From the NCBI GenBank assembly GCA_051362555.1, contig CM120644.1:22094534-22158533 (forward strand): DNA of 64,000 nt. Reading direction: 5' to 3'. How positions within the stretch are numbered: position 1 is the first letter of the stretch; every line of letters begins with the position of its first letter. The notes under the pieces were generated by a model, which was not told the DNA's origin, did no database searches, and saw nothing but the letters and a program-made list of their open reading frames with translations. A program made the position numbers and the translations under genes. Of the stretch, positions 38,301 through 48,639 are shown one piece after another. This stretch comes from Lingula anatina. Taxonomy: Eukaryota; Animalia; Brachiopoda.

Positions 38301-41300
38301 ATGATAATGAAAGAAACAAACCAGCCGATCTTAGACAGGTTCAGAATACTGTTTATCAAACCAAGAAGCAGGAGGAAAGCAGAAATTCAACGGGAGCTGG
38401 GAACCTTGCAGCTAATTTCAACTTTTTGCATACCAACATGCACAGCCTCCCTTTCATACAAAGCATAGTGCACTCCTCCCAAAAAGTGCCATCTATCACC
38501 CTATTCACAGACAAACAGATAGCAGACTTAAAAAGATTTTGTTTCTGTGGCCAGGAATCTGAATCCGCCATCCTTGGAATAGATAAAACTTTTAATTTAG
38601 GTCAGTTACATGTGACAGCAACTTCTTTTAAGAACATTTCTTTGAGGAGAACAAGCACTAATGAGCATCCCATCTTCTTAGGACCCATTCTCATTCATGG
38701 CAATTCTGACTGGCAGACATACGCCCAGTTTTTCTCAACAATAGCAATGCAAGTGGACAAAACAACACAGGGGCCAATTAAAGGAATGGATGATGAGAAA
38801 GCATTGAAAAAGGCAGTGGAATTTGCTTTCAGTAATGCAAATATCATTAGTTGCCAACGACATCTGAAGGCCAATGTAAGCAAGAATCTTCAAGATATTG
38901 TTGGTGCCCCGTTGCAGTGTTCATTCTAGGATGTGCCCTTGCGTCATTGGCGCAGAAAAAATTTGGTTGACGCAATTCGTAGAGTGAGCTGCGCCGACAA
39001 AATTCAAGAGAATTAACAGCGGCGCATTTTTGTGTTCTAAACGCGCCCTCCAATTCGGCAAATTCACGACCGAAGTTTGATTGTTTACTCGACATCTCTC
39101 GACATTAAGATCTAATGTTAGACGTAATGAAGATATTCTTTGCTCGTCCCAGTTTTTAACAAATATCTTAATTTATGCTGACGTCATGCTTTTTATGCAA
39201 ATCAGTGGCGATCGCCCCTCCTTTCTTGAATCCCTGATAGGCTGAGATTAATTGTCCATGTAGATCAATTGATCAACCCGTACATTGTACATGATGGCGG
39301 AGAAGAAGCAAAGTGTCATTTCAAGTTTTTTTAAGAAAGTCGATCCCAAAGATCACCCCAAAACGGACCAGAATAGTAGCGATGGAGACAATGATAATAC
39401 ACAGCAGACATTTCCACCGGAGAAGAGAGCAAAAGTAGATGTACGTGCTGCTGTCACGACTTCTGATACCCATACCGCGTCAACTAGCAATGCAACATCA
39501 AGGTCATTTCAAAAAAAGTGGAAAGATTCTTATAAGTGGCTTGTATACGACGACAACGCAAACTTGATGTATTGCAGCTTATGCGTTGAAAAAAAGAAGG
39601 ACAATATATTTTTTCAAGGAACTAACAACTTTCGAACCAGTACCCTTATGCGCCATGAGACATCTGCTGACCACAAGCTTGCCATACAAGAAACGTCGGA
39701 GGCAGCTCAAGCTAAACAGGCTTTTTGCAGAGCTTTAGAAGGTAAGATGTTATTTTTGTCAATATTTATTTGTAACACGGAGCATGAGCCATCAAAGTGA
39801 CACTAGTGTACGTTTTTGATTATCGTGACGGTCCCGGACCCACGTGTTGTAATTATATTTGTGTAGTTTGAAGAACTCTCGAAAGTGCATTCTGGGATAT
39901 CGCAATGCTGAACAACTATGTAAACAATGCGTTTGCTGCGTAGCATTGACACAGGGCGTCAAGCTCATGTTTTTTTCCCTGAACATTATTTTTTGTATAT
40001 ATATAAATAAAATTTTCACATTCATTTTTCATAATTTTAGTGTGTTGAGAGATTTGGTCTCTGTTCATGGTGATTAAGGGAAAAATAAAGTGAGGGATTG
40101 TGTGCTGGAGTAATGTTTGCGGGTGCCTTCAACACTACTTAACATTTTATGCAGGTTATAATGTCCAAATTCAAATTTGAAGTAACATTTATGAAACATT
40201 TTTAGGTAAAGACGGAGCAATCACGGCAGCAATGAAGTCTGTGTACTGGCTTGTTCAAGAGGGAATAGCAATTCGAAAGTTTGGAAGCCTAATTGAGTTA
40301 CTTCGGCATCTGGATTGCCCAACCTTTCATACTTAGACCAAGGAGACAATGCAAAGTATAATTCTGATACAGCAGGGTGGGATATGGTTGCTGCTATTGC
40401 TGCTACAGTTGAGGAAGACTTGCTTCAGAAAATGAAGTCTTCACCATTTCTAACAATACTAGCAGACGAGAGCACTGATATAACAGTAACAAAAAAGTTA
40501 GTTATATGTGTCAGACTTTTAGATGATAACTTTGTTCCTTCTACCCACTTTGTAGCCGACATAAATGTCACAGATGGCAAGGGTGCCACAGTTGCAGCAG
40601 CTATCAAAGACTATCTTAAATCAAAGGAGAATCCCCCTTAGTAAGATATATGGTTTTGGTTCTGATGGTGCAGCAAGCATGACCAGCATGGGAAATGGAG
40701 TTGCAGGCAGACTGCTTGCTGAAAATCCTGCGATGGTTCACATACACTGTATTGCCCACAGATTGGCGTTATGTACTAGCCAGGCAGCAAATGCTATAGA
40801 CTATATGAAGGACTATCAATCAACTATTACCAGTATATTTTATTACTTTAAAGCATCATCTGTCAGGGTAAACAGAATCACAGCTATTCAGGAGCTGCTA
40901 GATGAACCCATTTTAAAGTACAATGAAGTCCATGAGGTCCGATGGTTGTCCTACTACAAAGCAATAGAAACATTCTACAGGACTTATGGGTCATTAGTGT
41001 CCTATATGTCTGAAATGGGGGCAAGTGATGCCAAGGCAAAAGGTTTTGCAAAGAAACTTTCACAATTCAGTTTTGTTTTTGTCACCCATATGCTTTTGTC
41101 CATCCTCAGCATTGTCACAGAGCTATGTTTACTCTTCCAAAAGAAAGATCTTGACCCAGCCTTGGTGGATGTTAATGTGAAACATGCATTGAGAGAACTG
41201 CAAAAGCACAGGGACCATGCCACAAGTAGTGAAGGGTTGTCTGGTAAACCTGGCAGCTACATCGAGGAATTTCTCCTGAAGGTGGGAACTGGTCAACGTA

Positions 41301-43429
41301 AATTCTTCAGGGACCACCTTCTGACTTGTTGTGTTAATTATGAAAAACAATGCAAGGCAATTCAGTGTGGATTTATTGACAATCTCATTAACAACATAAA
41401 TGCCAGATTTCCCCAGGATCACTTGGATATGGTAACAGCATTTGGGTATTTGAGCATGAGACCACTAAGCTTTTTGTCTGAGTCAGAAAGAGAAAATTGG
41501 GGTGAAGGCCCTATACAGAAACTTGCTAGCCATTATGGTAACATTATTGAACATCATGGGTCCAAATCAGTGCCAATAATAATTGAAAAACAAGCTATGA
41601 GTGAATGGTCTAAACTCAAAGAATTGGTTTTCAGAATGGGGTATGCAAGAGACGCCACCTGCAAACTGTGGAGCATTATCAAAACACACCATAGTGAAGA
41701 CTTTCCCAATTTGTTGAAGCTGGCTGCAATCTCTCTCATCCTTCCAATACACACTTCAGATTGTGAGAGAACATTCAGTTCTCAAAACTACATCAAAAAC
41801 CACAGAAGGAACAGACTGTCTGAAACAAGACTTCAGCAGTGCTTGCTCATTATGATAGAAGGAAAGGCAATTGGGGACTTTGACTTTAAGAGTGCCTTAG
41901 ATATTTGGAAAAAGGAAAAGAAACGTAGAATTTATAACAAGCAGTGAGCCGTACACTTTGTAGGTTTCAAAAAAGGGACAAATTCTCTTATTGATTTTTA
42001 TGTGTGTGATATCATTCTCAATCTGGTAGCTTTTTATGTGCTATTACACCTTATATAATTAATTAAATTTCATAGATTTCGTAAATTGAAGCCAAAAATG
42101 GTTTTAAAATCTTGTTTTAGTAAGAATTTGGTTATTGGTGAAAGAATCATCAACATATTTTAGTGTAATCTTATATTTGTAAACAAAATTTTGAGCGCGA
42201 AGTCTCTTATTTTAGAAAGTTGGGATAACCTATTGAATGTGAACCTGCAAGTCAAAATATTATTTTTATTATATAAAGTATTTTTCATCTCTGAATATTA
42301 AAACCACAGCAGTAAAACAACGTGTTACATATTATAATTTCAAGATTTGAACAAGGGCCCACTTCAAAATGTAATGACCCACTTTTTTTAATGATGGGGG
42401 CCCCTTTGTCCCATATTGAAACATTTCTAGAATGAACACTGCCGTTGCATGCTAGAAAAGAAATCAGTAGCATTTTATTTGGAGAAAATGGGTTGTCTGC
42501 AGCCGACAGTGTGGTCATGTTTGACATCCGCAATGAATACGGTAATGTGCCATGAATTTCGAACAGTAGAAAATAATTAAATTTGGGGAAAGATCGTTCT
42601 GGCCGAAATTCATGAAATGGAGGTGCTCAGAACTTCCGAAAGTTCGAATTTCATGGAATTCTGTCAATTTTGACCGGAAATTGTCTGTTCGTCGCTAGGC
42701 CTTCTGTTATCTTCTCCCGACGATCTATTTAGAGTTACCATAATGTACGATGTGTGAGTGTCGGTAATTGCGACCAAAGGTATACACGTACTTTCACCCG
42801 ATCACTGTGTATGGCCCATAGATAGAGCGGTACTGTTGTCTAGGGCCGTAAAACAGCATCGGTATCAGTAGTGTCGTTTTTCAAAAGCGATTCTGGCAGC
42901 CAGAAACTAGTGTCGTTTTTCAAAAACGATCCTGGCGCTCAGAACGGGAGTGGACGGCGGGAGAGACGGCCGACGATTAGCGTCTGCCACGGCCAGATAA
43001 CCTTTACAATGGAAGCTTAGTGTTACCGTTGCTCCTCTCCGTGCACTGAAACCGAGACGACAGCCGATCAGTGTCTATGGCGCACGTGCAGGTAGCCTTC
43101 ATCTGCGATAAGTGTCTTCCGCGACCAGGTTCGTTGCCTTTACCGTTAAAGTCGGGCGGAGCTTTACGCGCCAATGCGTCCTCATCTCGCCGTTCGCGGG
43201 TCGGTGTCTCCGACGCATACGTAGCCTTCCCTGCAGAAGCCGGCCTCGGCACTACGGCCTCTCCTCCGTGCGGGGAGGCCACTACGACCGCAGATCGGTA
43301 TGTGCGGCGCACAGGTAGCCTTCGCCACGGCAGCCGAACTGTGTATTACGGTCTCTCTCCGTCGTGCGCTGCGACCAAGATGACCGCTGATTGTTGTCTG
43401 CGATCAAATATACTAGGTTAAATATACCG

Positions 43430-43460
<31 letters not shown>

Positions 43461-46400
43461 CAGGCAACCCAATCTTAACCCGCAGCACCAACTGATTTCC
43501 TGGCGCATAGTTGCGTCAATGTACGCATTTGAAAAGCGTGTACGTTTTGTCATTGAAAACATCTTCAAACAAACGCGAGAGATAGGTAATCTAGAGTAAA
43601 CCGAAAAGGCAGTTTTTATATTCGTTCAAGGGACTGGAAGATCGTCAGTGGGAGATAGTGAGCGATCTGAGCGCGACAATAAGCCATTCCACGCTAGTTC
43701 AAGGGACTTCGTTACTATATTCGTCAGCAAGAGATCGTCAGCGATCCGAGCAAGCATAGAAGCTTGGACTTTTTGTCCATGCTAGAAGGCAATTTTCATG
43801 TAGTCAGCAGGATATGGCTTGCTGGTTTGCGACAGGGGCGTAACCAGGCATACGCACGGATACACTGTGCGTATATAATTTTTTTGGCCAACCATGACTT
43901 TATCCTCTATAAATCTAGTGTACTTTTCAAGGAATATTATCGAAAATCCCCTTCGATTATAAGTTAATGTCACCTGAATGTACAAATTCTCTGTATAATT
44001 TATATATGCACCATTGTTCTGACACCCTTCTCGTTTGCTTTCACAGAACTGAGGTAAACAATACTAGTTACCATCTGAAGTCCGATCTTAATCGTCCATC
44101 TAGCTGGACCTTGCTTTACCTCTTAATTAGAGGGTAAAGTGCCCTTCAGCTCACAGGTAGCTTTTGTCTTGAGTGTATCGAACGCGATATTTATCTCAGA
44201 TAAAAATCTACCTGTGTGTTATTTCAAAGAGCTGCTTCAGCAGACCTGGGGGCACTAGATAAATCTGATCATTGGGCTAAACAAGGAGCCAGAGAAACAA
44301 AGGAAGATTGATTTTTCCTGCAAAGTTTCAAAGAATTTTGACACGGACTTGATCCAGCTTAACCCTCCAAACTAACGGGGTGGCATGGGCAATTTTTACA
44401 AAATTTACAAACAATTTAACTTAGATATATTACAATTTTATCCTTCAATATTGGGAGGCATGCACCCGCATGTAAGCTGGGTGATGTCAGTAAGCCCCTA
44501 GTTAAATAAATATACCCTTATGAGCAAGGCTTTTCCCAGCGAACCGTCCAGCCGTCATTTGGACGGCCGCTGACATCACCGGACGGCCTATATTTTCAAA
44601 GACGGCTAGACGGCTTGCGACTTTTTTAATGACGTCTTGGCTTGTCGGGACAGCCGTGGACGTTGTAAGAAATTTTCTTAGGGTAATTTGACGTACCTAG
44701 CTTTTATGATGCATCACAGATGAATGGTACTACTTTGTAGTGTACGCTGATATTCAGTCACGACGAAACTACTTCCTAAAGCTTACAAAACACAATAAAA
44801 TGTTTTTATGAACTTTAAGATACACATTCCACGCCGTATGCAGCAGTGACAAGAGTGACCTTCATGCGGTACAAAACACTAAGCAAACTACAGGCCAATT
44901 TGTGAAAGGGGACACTTCCCGGACCTTCATACGCACGGCAACTGACAAAGCTGATTGACAAAAAGGAAAATTTCAAATTTTCAGCGAGAGATCGTTCGCA
45001 ATCCGAGAGAGACCAGGAGGCAATTTTCGTATTTGTTAAAGAGACTTCGTAAGCCAAAGGGCGAGACGAGAACGCAATTTTCGTATCGTCAGCGTCGCAA
45101 TCCGAGTGAAACGAGAAAGCTCATTCTCGTTCAGTGGCTTTCGTCAGCCGGAGATCGTTCTCGATTGTTTTTAACCCTCCATCCCTCCCCATTGGAATTT
45201 ATAATTTTTGAAAATATTTTTCATTTCATTTGTACATTTCAAGGGACTTCATTAGCGGAAGATCGTCAGCGGGAGATCGTGAACGATCTGAGCGAGACAA
45301 GAAAGCAATAATGGTAATCTTTATTGCAGCTCTTAATATTGCTCTTTTGTTCTGTTACTGAAGTCTCTACTGTTAACAATGCTATTGTGCGCCTCAGCAA
45401 AACTATCTCAAACCGAATACTGCGGTAAAGAAACAACAGCCCGACAGTACAACTCTTAATAGATTCTCCTGTTATCTGAATGAATGGATATGACGATGTT
45501 GTTTAGCGTCCTAAACTAACTGTACTGATCGTTATCTTGCACCTTGGGCCGCACACGTAGTACTCAGATAAAGGTACGCTAGGGCAACATTGCCGACTGT
45601 TAGATCTTTATAAGCGCGAGAATAGCCCGGTGGCCGATTTTAAGGTGTCCGAAATTCACGAAATGAAGATCGCGCAAAATTGCTTACTGGCCGAAATTCA
45701 TGGTCCAGAAAAAACTCCAGACGGCCGATTTTAAGATCGTTCGAAATTCAAGAGCCGTTCGAAATTCATGGCACTTTACCGTACGTAATAGAGCAAATCA
45801 GGAAAACAGTGCCTACATTTGAAGGTTATTACAACCAAAGGATCAATCCACTGATAAGACAAAATGTCCAAACAATCATTGACGTGCACTCAGGATGGAC
45901 TAATAATAATGCTGAATCAGTAAATCACATGCTTAAAATGAAGGTCCAGTGGAGTTTACAAGACATCCCAACCCTGATCAATTCTCTTCATCAGTTAGTC
46001 CAAGCTCAATTTGTAGATGTTGAAAGAGCATTGATTGGGAGAGGACAGTTCAAGCTTGATGCCAAATTTGCCAATTATGCTGTAGAACGATCCATTTGGA
46101 ATGACAAGACAGCAGATTCCAGGACCAGACACATTATGAATTTCTTGAGAGAACCAAAGTTCCACAAACATATGGCTTCTTATGATGGCTTAAGTGTACT
46201 TACATCTGCAGCAAAAGGAAGGAAGCCTTGTCAGACAAAAAGGCGACGAGCAGCAAAAACTGTTTCACTCAAGCAATAATAAGATAGCACAAACTTTGTT
46301 GAAGTGCAGAAGCATGCTGAATATATTTTTTCGCCATAGTGTGTAGCAATAATTAGTAGTAGTATTTTGTCAGTGTTGAAATTATGCATCAGATTTAATT

Positions 46401-47499
46401 TGGTAATGAGGCTAGTTGGTACAAATGCCACTTTGTTTTTATTGTTTGAACGTACATTTACTCATTTTAGAGCAATGTTTTCCTGAGTCATGCTGAGTAT
46501 ATATTTTTTCACTGTGGCCTTATAACTATTAGTGTGTAGCAATATTTCGAAGTAGCATTTTGTTAATCTTCTCAGTGTTGAGATAAAGTTGAAATACAGG
46601 TATGCATCAGATTTAATTTGGTAATGAGGCAAGTTGGTACAGATGCCACTTTGTATTTATTGTCTGAACGTACATTTACTCATTTTAGAACAATGTTTTC
46701 CTGAGTCATGCTAAGTATATATTTTTTCACTGTGGCCTTATAACTATAAGTGTGTAGCAATATTTAGTAGTAGCATTTTGTGAATCTTCTCAGTGTTGAG
46801 ATGAATTTGAAATACAGGTATGCATCAGATTTAATTTGGTAATGAGGCAAGTTGGTACAGATGCCACTTTGTATTTATTGTCTGAACGTACATTTATTCC
46901 TTTTTTGAGCAATGTTTTCATGAGACATATTTTTTTCATATTTTTTCACCATGGCCTATTAATCAGTAGCATTTCATAAGTCTTGTGAGTTCTGAGATGA
47001 AAGTGCTATTTCAAAATTAAAGATTACATCATGCTAATTTATTATAATTGCCATTTCATTCACATAACATTTGAGTTGCAATTCATTTGTATTTTTGGAA
47101 AACATGATTTAGTTATATTATAGAATATAGCATTTTAATTTAATACATGAAATTTAAAGTACCAATTTATTTAAGATTGTATTCTTTCATTGCGGGTGTG
47201 AACTCCATAGTTTTGGAATTTCTTTCATAATTGTTACTGGTGCGTCATTAGAAATACATTGGAACTCAATAAATTTTCTTAAAAACATGCTCAATATTTG
47301 GTGTATGAATGGATGAAAAATGTGCAATATTTGTTGTACAGATGCATGAAAAATCTAAGCTCTAGATGATGACTCACTTAGCATCTTGCGAAAACAATGG
47401 TCTAAATTCCACAAGGCTTGTCCCTCCTCTTGAAACCACGACGGTTTTAGAAGACCTGTCACCCTCGTGCGCCGTGGGAGCAGACATCTTGTCCTCCAT
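20212..47499 (-). CDS. WDR75: WD repeat-containing protein 75 (UTP17/NAN1, t-UTP rRNA processing factor), ~17 exons, 16-kb intron 1
   Basis: Exon 1 47378-47499 (..[21 protein letters not shown]; alternative ATG 47487), 31023-31152 ([24 protein letters not shown]), 29815-29880 ([16 protein letters not shown]), then approx 29230-29324, 28908-29023, 27254-27324, 26631-26738, 26190-26278 (HWHSLPV), 25741-25896 ([21 protein letters not shown]), 25211-25411 ([20 protein letters not shown]), 24189-24376, 23400-23560, 22928-23116 ([10 protein letters not shown]), 22368-22565, 21706-22141, 21056-21151, 20212-20470. Confidence 0.93.
21523..21670. mobile_element. Small non-autonomous TIR element (MITE), 6-bp TSD
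   Basis: Termini CATGGGT.../...ACCCATG flanked by CATGAG on both sides; internal AATCCTGAAA repeats. Confidence 0.7.
22748..22837 (-). ncRNA. Intronic box C/D snoRNA, SNORD53/SNORD92-like (copy 1)
   Basis: - strand GTTGC-TGTGATGA(C)...CTGTGGTTTCGC..CTGA(D')..TTGATGA(C')..CCTTGGCTGTG-ATT-CTGA(D)-GCAAC; antisense elements match conserved 28S GCGAAACCACAGCCAAGG; same strand as host WDR75. Confidence 0.9.
26478..26567 (-). ncRNA. Intronic box C/D snoRNA, SNORD53/SNORD92-like (copy 2)
   Basis: One substitution relative to copy 1, immediately after the C box. Confidence 0.9.
26825..26916 (-). ncRNA. Intronic box C/D snoRNA, SNORD53/SNORD92-like (copy 3)
   Basis: Same core; terminal stem changed on both sides to AATTGC/GCAATT (compensatory). 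Confidence 0.9.
27642..28752. mobile_element. piggyBac-type non-autonomous element
   Basis: TTAA|CCCCATAG...CTATGGGG|TTAA; internal ~208-bp imperfect tandem duplication (~27822-28240). Confidence 0.85.
29497..29586 (-). ncRNA. Intronic box C/D snoRNA, SNORD53/SNORD92-like (copy 4)
   Basis: Identical to copy 1 by eye. Confidence 0.9.
30761..30977. mobile_element. MITE, PIF/Harbinger-like; inverted relative at 59653-59876
   Basis: Imperfect TIRs GACCCCATTCCCA / GAGAATACGCCCC; internal GATCGACCTAACTCCCTGGGGGTTCACGCTAAAT is present reverse-complemented near 59800. Confidence 0.65.
31221..31766 (+). pseudogene. Gypsy-type integrase C-terminus fused to a PHD finger (5'-truncated, one in-frame stop)
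   Basis: [52 protein letters not shown] is the typical Ty3/Gypsy integrase tail; reading through TGA 31602 gives [28 protein letters not shown] (C4HC3 spacing). Confidence 0.85.
31916..35749 (+). pseudogene. Decayed additional ORF downstream of the Gypsy integrase: N-terminal region, two CCHC zinc knuckles, TatD-family nuclease
   Basis: Acceptor-like TTTTTCTTTTTAG|ATGGAA at ~31916; [14 protein letters not shown] and [14 protein letters not shown] (~34377-34485); TatD motifs DSHCHVD (35151), [27 protein letters not shown]; stops/frameshifts and a 1.6-kb AT-rich insertion. Confidence 0.8.
32618..34248. mobile_element. AT-rich hAT-like non-autonomous insertion(s) splitting the CCHC/TatD ORF
   Basis: CAGGGGT.../...ACCCCTG ends, ACGGACCAGT subterminal motifs at both ends, a second CTAGCCCG-motif element inside (~32981-34187); sharp drop in GC; no clean TSD seen. 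Confidence 0.55.
36340..37518 (+). repeat. ~330-bp direct duplication (36340-36670 / 37187-37518) upstream of the DDE transposase
   Basis: Both copies start GCAGGTG(T/G)GATGTCTACACAGTGGTATTTAG and end GAGTAGTTGATGTCAGTGA. Confidence 0.9.
38915..42441 (+). mobile_element. Full-length hAT transposon with ZNF862-like transposase, 15-bp perfect TIR, 6-bp TSD
   Basis: TIR CAGTGTTCATTCTAG / CTAGAATGAACACTG; CCGTTG on both flanks; exons 39291-39741 (TTF-type Zn finger: [18 protein letters not shown]) and 40206-41947 ([35 protein letters not shown]); frameshifts near 40320 and 40625. Confidence 0.92.
42540..45781. mobile_element. Non-autonomous TA-target TIR element (Tc1/mariner-pogo-like) with nested MITE fragments
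   Basis: TA|CGGTAA(T/A)GTGCCATGAATTTCGAAC...GTTCGAAATTCATGGCACTTTACCG|TA; removing it restores the codons GAA-TAC-GTA of the host transposase. Confidence 0.9.
46310..46960 (+). repeat. Imperfect tandem repeat (~220-bp period, ~3 copies) downstream of the transposase
   Basis: TATGCATCAGATTTAATTTGGTAATGAGG recurs at ~46383, 46601, 46819. Confidence 0.85.
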
Positions 47500-47678
47500 G
47501 TGGCGAGAGGAATTCCTTCAAGCTTTTGTGTTGCACGTCGTGATTGGATGAATCTATTCGCAAACTAATTTAGACCAATCACAACACTTATGAGATGCAA
47601 TCTAGGCTAGGTGAACGCATGCGTATAAGAAGAGTCACTCTCTTCCGGTGTTGTTGCTGCACGCCTGCTACATCAAAT
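47500..47678. promoter_or_regulatory. Compact bidirectional promoter WDR75/TOMM7
   Basis: 179 bp between ATGs; two opposed CCAAT boxes (~47543, ~47575), NRF1-like CGCATGCG (~47616), pyrimidine-rich CTCTCTTCCGG initiator/ETS (~47638). Confidence 0.7.
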
Positions 47679-48639
47679 ATGAGTCCAACCATGAAAGGTA
47701 GAATTTCTACGGTTGTAGGCCTCGCCCAGCGGTTATTCCACATTGGGTTTATACCACTTGTGTTGTATTTAGGTAAGGCGATGACTTGAACGTCTGTGGC
47801 GATTCTTACTTTGACGTTGACTTTGGGTAATATATTTAGTCTTTGACTGAGGCAAGGTGTCGGAGTCTTGTCTTGAGGTTGAATTTGAACCTACACCTCA
47901 TTGTACTGCTTCATATGTTGGAACTTAAAAAGTAAAATTAACTGTTATAGCGTGAACACTGTAAAAATACACTGTAAATTTAAAGAAAAATTAAAGATAT
48001 GAATCAAAAAGTTAAATGATGTAAATTGTAATCAATGGCCATTATTGCTCTTTATTATTTATTTATTTATTCAGGTTATTCACATGGTCCAGAACCAGGA
48101 ATGCCAGAGTTTAACCTTCTCAGGTGAGATGACAGGACATTCAACTTCCAGCATGATACATGTGTTTACTGGTACACACGACAAACATCAACCATATCAC
48201 ATAATTTTAAACTGTAATATTCAATGAGCTTGATGTCAGTATTTCTGGTTTAAAAATCAAAGCTTCTGAAGGTGTCACTAAGTCATATTTTTCTCAATAT
48301 CCTGGTCAGCTACTTCTGTTTCCCAATTAAGTCATTTAAAATGGTTAAAATCCCTCAGAGTGCACCTAATATCAGATAATCTGATATGTAATTAAATTAA
48401 TGAAAAATGAAACTGTAACAAAGCATCTAATGAAAGAGATTAACATAGTTGCAAACAACACTCTTTGCTTTCTTATCTTTGTAATGGGAAAGTGAAATTG
48501 GGCATTTTAGTCTCAAACAGGATACCAGAAGATAATGGACCAGTGGTTCACAGCTGTTGTTTCAGTTTTTGTCTTGTTTAGATATTTTTGCAAACTAATA
48601 AAGGGTTCTTTCTTTTTCAGTCTGTTTCTCACTTTTTAA
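47679..48639 (+). CDS. TOMM7: Mitochondrial import receptor subunit TOM7 (53 aa, 3 exons)
   Basis: Exons 47679-47772, 48075-48123, 48621-48639 give MSPTMKGRISTVVGLAQRLFHIGFIPLVLYLGYSHGPEPGMPEFNLLSLFLTF; GFIPLVxYLG..PGMPE is the Tom7 signature. Confidence 0.92.

Larger units (their letters stand above)
37508..46279 (+). mobile_element. Mutator/IS256-clade (MULE- or Kolobok-like) DDE transposase, split in three by two insertions
   Basis: Segments 37508-38914 + 42448-42539 + 45784-46279 join in frame (~664 aa): [33 protein letters not shown]. Possible left end TTAA|AGGCGGAAAG at ~35722; right end not identified. Confidence 0.82.
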
